NCBI GenBank assembly: GCA_012719225.1
Contig: JAAYAT010000359.1
Span: forward strand, 1 to 40,750
DNA from: Verrucomicrobiaceae bacterium
Lineage (GTDB): Bacteria > Verrucomicrobiota > Verrucomicrobiia > Verrucomicrobiales > DEV007
Length of the DNA stretch: 40,750 bases
Reading direction: 5' to 3'
Part shown: piece by piece, positions 39,935-40,750 of the stretch
How the letters are laid out: each line of letters starts with the position of its first letter
Numbering within the stretch: position 1 is the first letter of the stretch
Translations under genes and position numbers: made by a program
The notes under the pieces: generated by a model
Told to the model about the DNA's origin: nothing
Seen by the model: the letters and a program-made list of their open reading frames with translations, nothing else
Databases searched by the model: none

Positions 39935-40562
39935 GGGCAACATTTCTTGACAGTTCTCTGTGGCGATCTGCAATTTCACAAAACGTTGCATGATCCTTGC
40001 GTCCTCGCGGAAGGCCATAACGTGGACCTCGATCCCGAAATCGACTACGGGTGGAGTTCGCAAACCAACTCGGCACGTGAAAAACCTCGCCGGGGAATTC
40101 ATTTGCAAGTAGGATGCCAAAAACCCCGCCCTCCTCACTGCAAGATGACCGGTCCCGCCCATATCGTCGAAACGACCTACGAGCCGCACCGCAACCTCAT
40201 CACCGGCGTGACAAATCGGGCAAAAAGTCGCACGGGCAGCCTGCCCGAGGCCCGTTCCGGCGCGTCCGCAGCGCCACCCGCCGCGCCTACGCTCCAAGAC
40301 CCCACCTACAACGCCAGCCAGCAGATTCGACGCTTCCACAAGATGCCTGAAGGCACGGCCAGAAAAGGCAAACAATGGAAACTGTCACGAGATTATCTGT
40401 CCCCTGTGCGCCCTTCCCGCCGAAGGCCCGGGGTCGGAGGGGGGGCGATTGCCGTGGTTGTTCTGGAAACGCGTCGTGAGGCCGTCCGGCGTGGTCGTGG
40501 CGATGCAAATTTTTGTGCCAGAAGCGTGCCCCGCTGCCGAGAACTATCAAGAATTGTTGCCC
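39935..40562. repeat. ~630-bp segment bounded by 24-bp inverted repeats (22/24 identical), with a degenerate third copy
   Basis: GGGCAACATTTCTTGACAGTTCTC (39935-39958) versus the reverse complement of GAGAACTATCAAGAATTGTTGCCC (40539-40562). Related copy at 40378-40404. Confidence 0.7.
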
Positions 40563-40750
40563 GCTATGCCCGCCCTGCTTTCCACGCTGGCGTGCAGACC
40601 GCCTTCGTACGCTGGGTGGTCACCACACCGGGATCGGTCGCGGTAGTGGAAATTTTGCTAGAATACGAAATTCGTGCCCTGACCCCGCCTCCCGGTGCGT
40701 CCGCCTGGATGACTTCGGCACCGCGCAACTCCCGCAGGATCGCTTCGCCA

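Noticed and set aside
40503-40520. Sigma-54-like promoter TGGCACAAAAATTTGCAT on the minus strand
   Set aside because: GG-to-GC spacing is 11 nt rather than the strict 10 nt.
39900-40750. CRISPR array or protein-coding genes in the right-hand tail
   Set aside because: The repeats are few, degenerate, partly inverted and irregularly spaced, with no cas genes. The short ORFs lack motifs and typical codon usage.

Overview
GC-rich bacterial chromosomal window. Gene content and protein style suggest Verrucomicrobia (PVC), which is an inference. Left to right it holds: the 5' stub of a probable HUH/Y1 (RAYT-like) transposase; a ~1400-aa internally duplicated membrane protein; a heavy-metal RND efflux cluster (czcCBA-like) with two His/Cys-rich satellite genes; a DUF485 + ActP-type symporter pair; trmB; a minus-strand housekeeping run (aspartate aminotransferase, suhB, ispF, cdaA, mini-cdaR, glmM, bioD); holA; a half-size TauE; a NarL-type two-component pair; an AT-richer TIGR02574/ParE toxin-antitoxin insert; LysR; MOSC; proS split by a one-base frameshift; an SMR/DMT transporter; an AT-richer block in which a SET-domain methyltransferase diverges from a tandem-PotD lipoprotein coupled to a hybrid histidine kinase; trxB; a RodZ-like gene; ftsK; a restriction-endonuclease-like relic; and a non-coding tail with long inverted repeats. 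The best novel-system candidate is the SET / double-PotD / hybrid-kinase module. No CRISPR array, rRNA or tRNA was seen. All calls come from motif recognition by eye, with no database searches.
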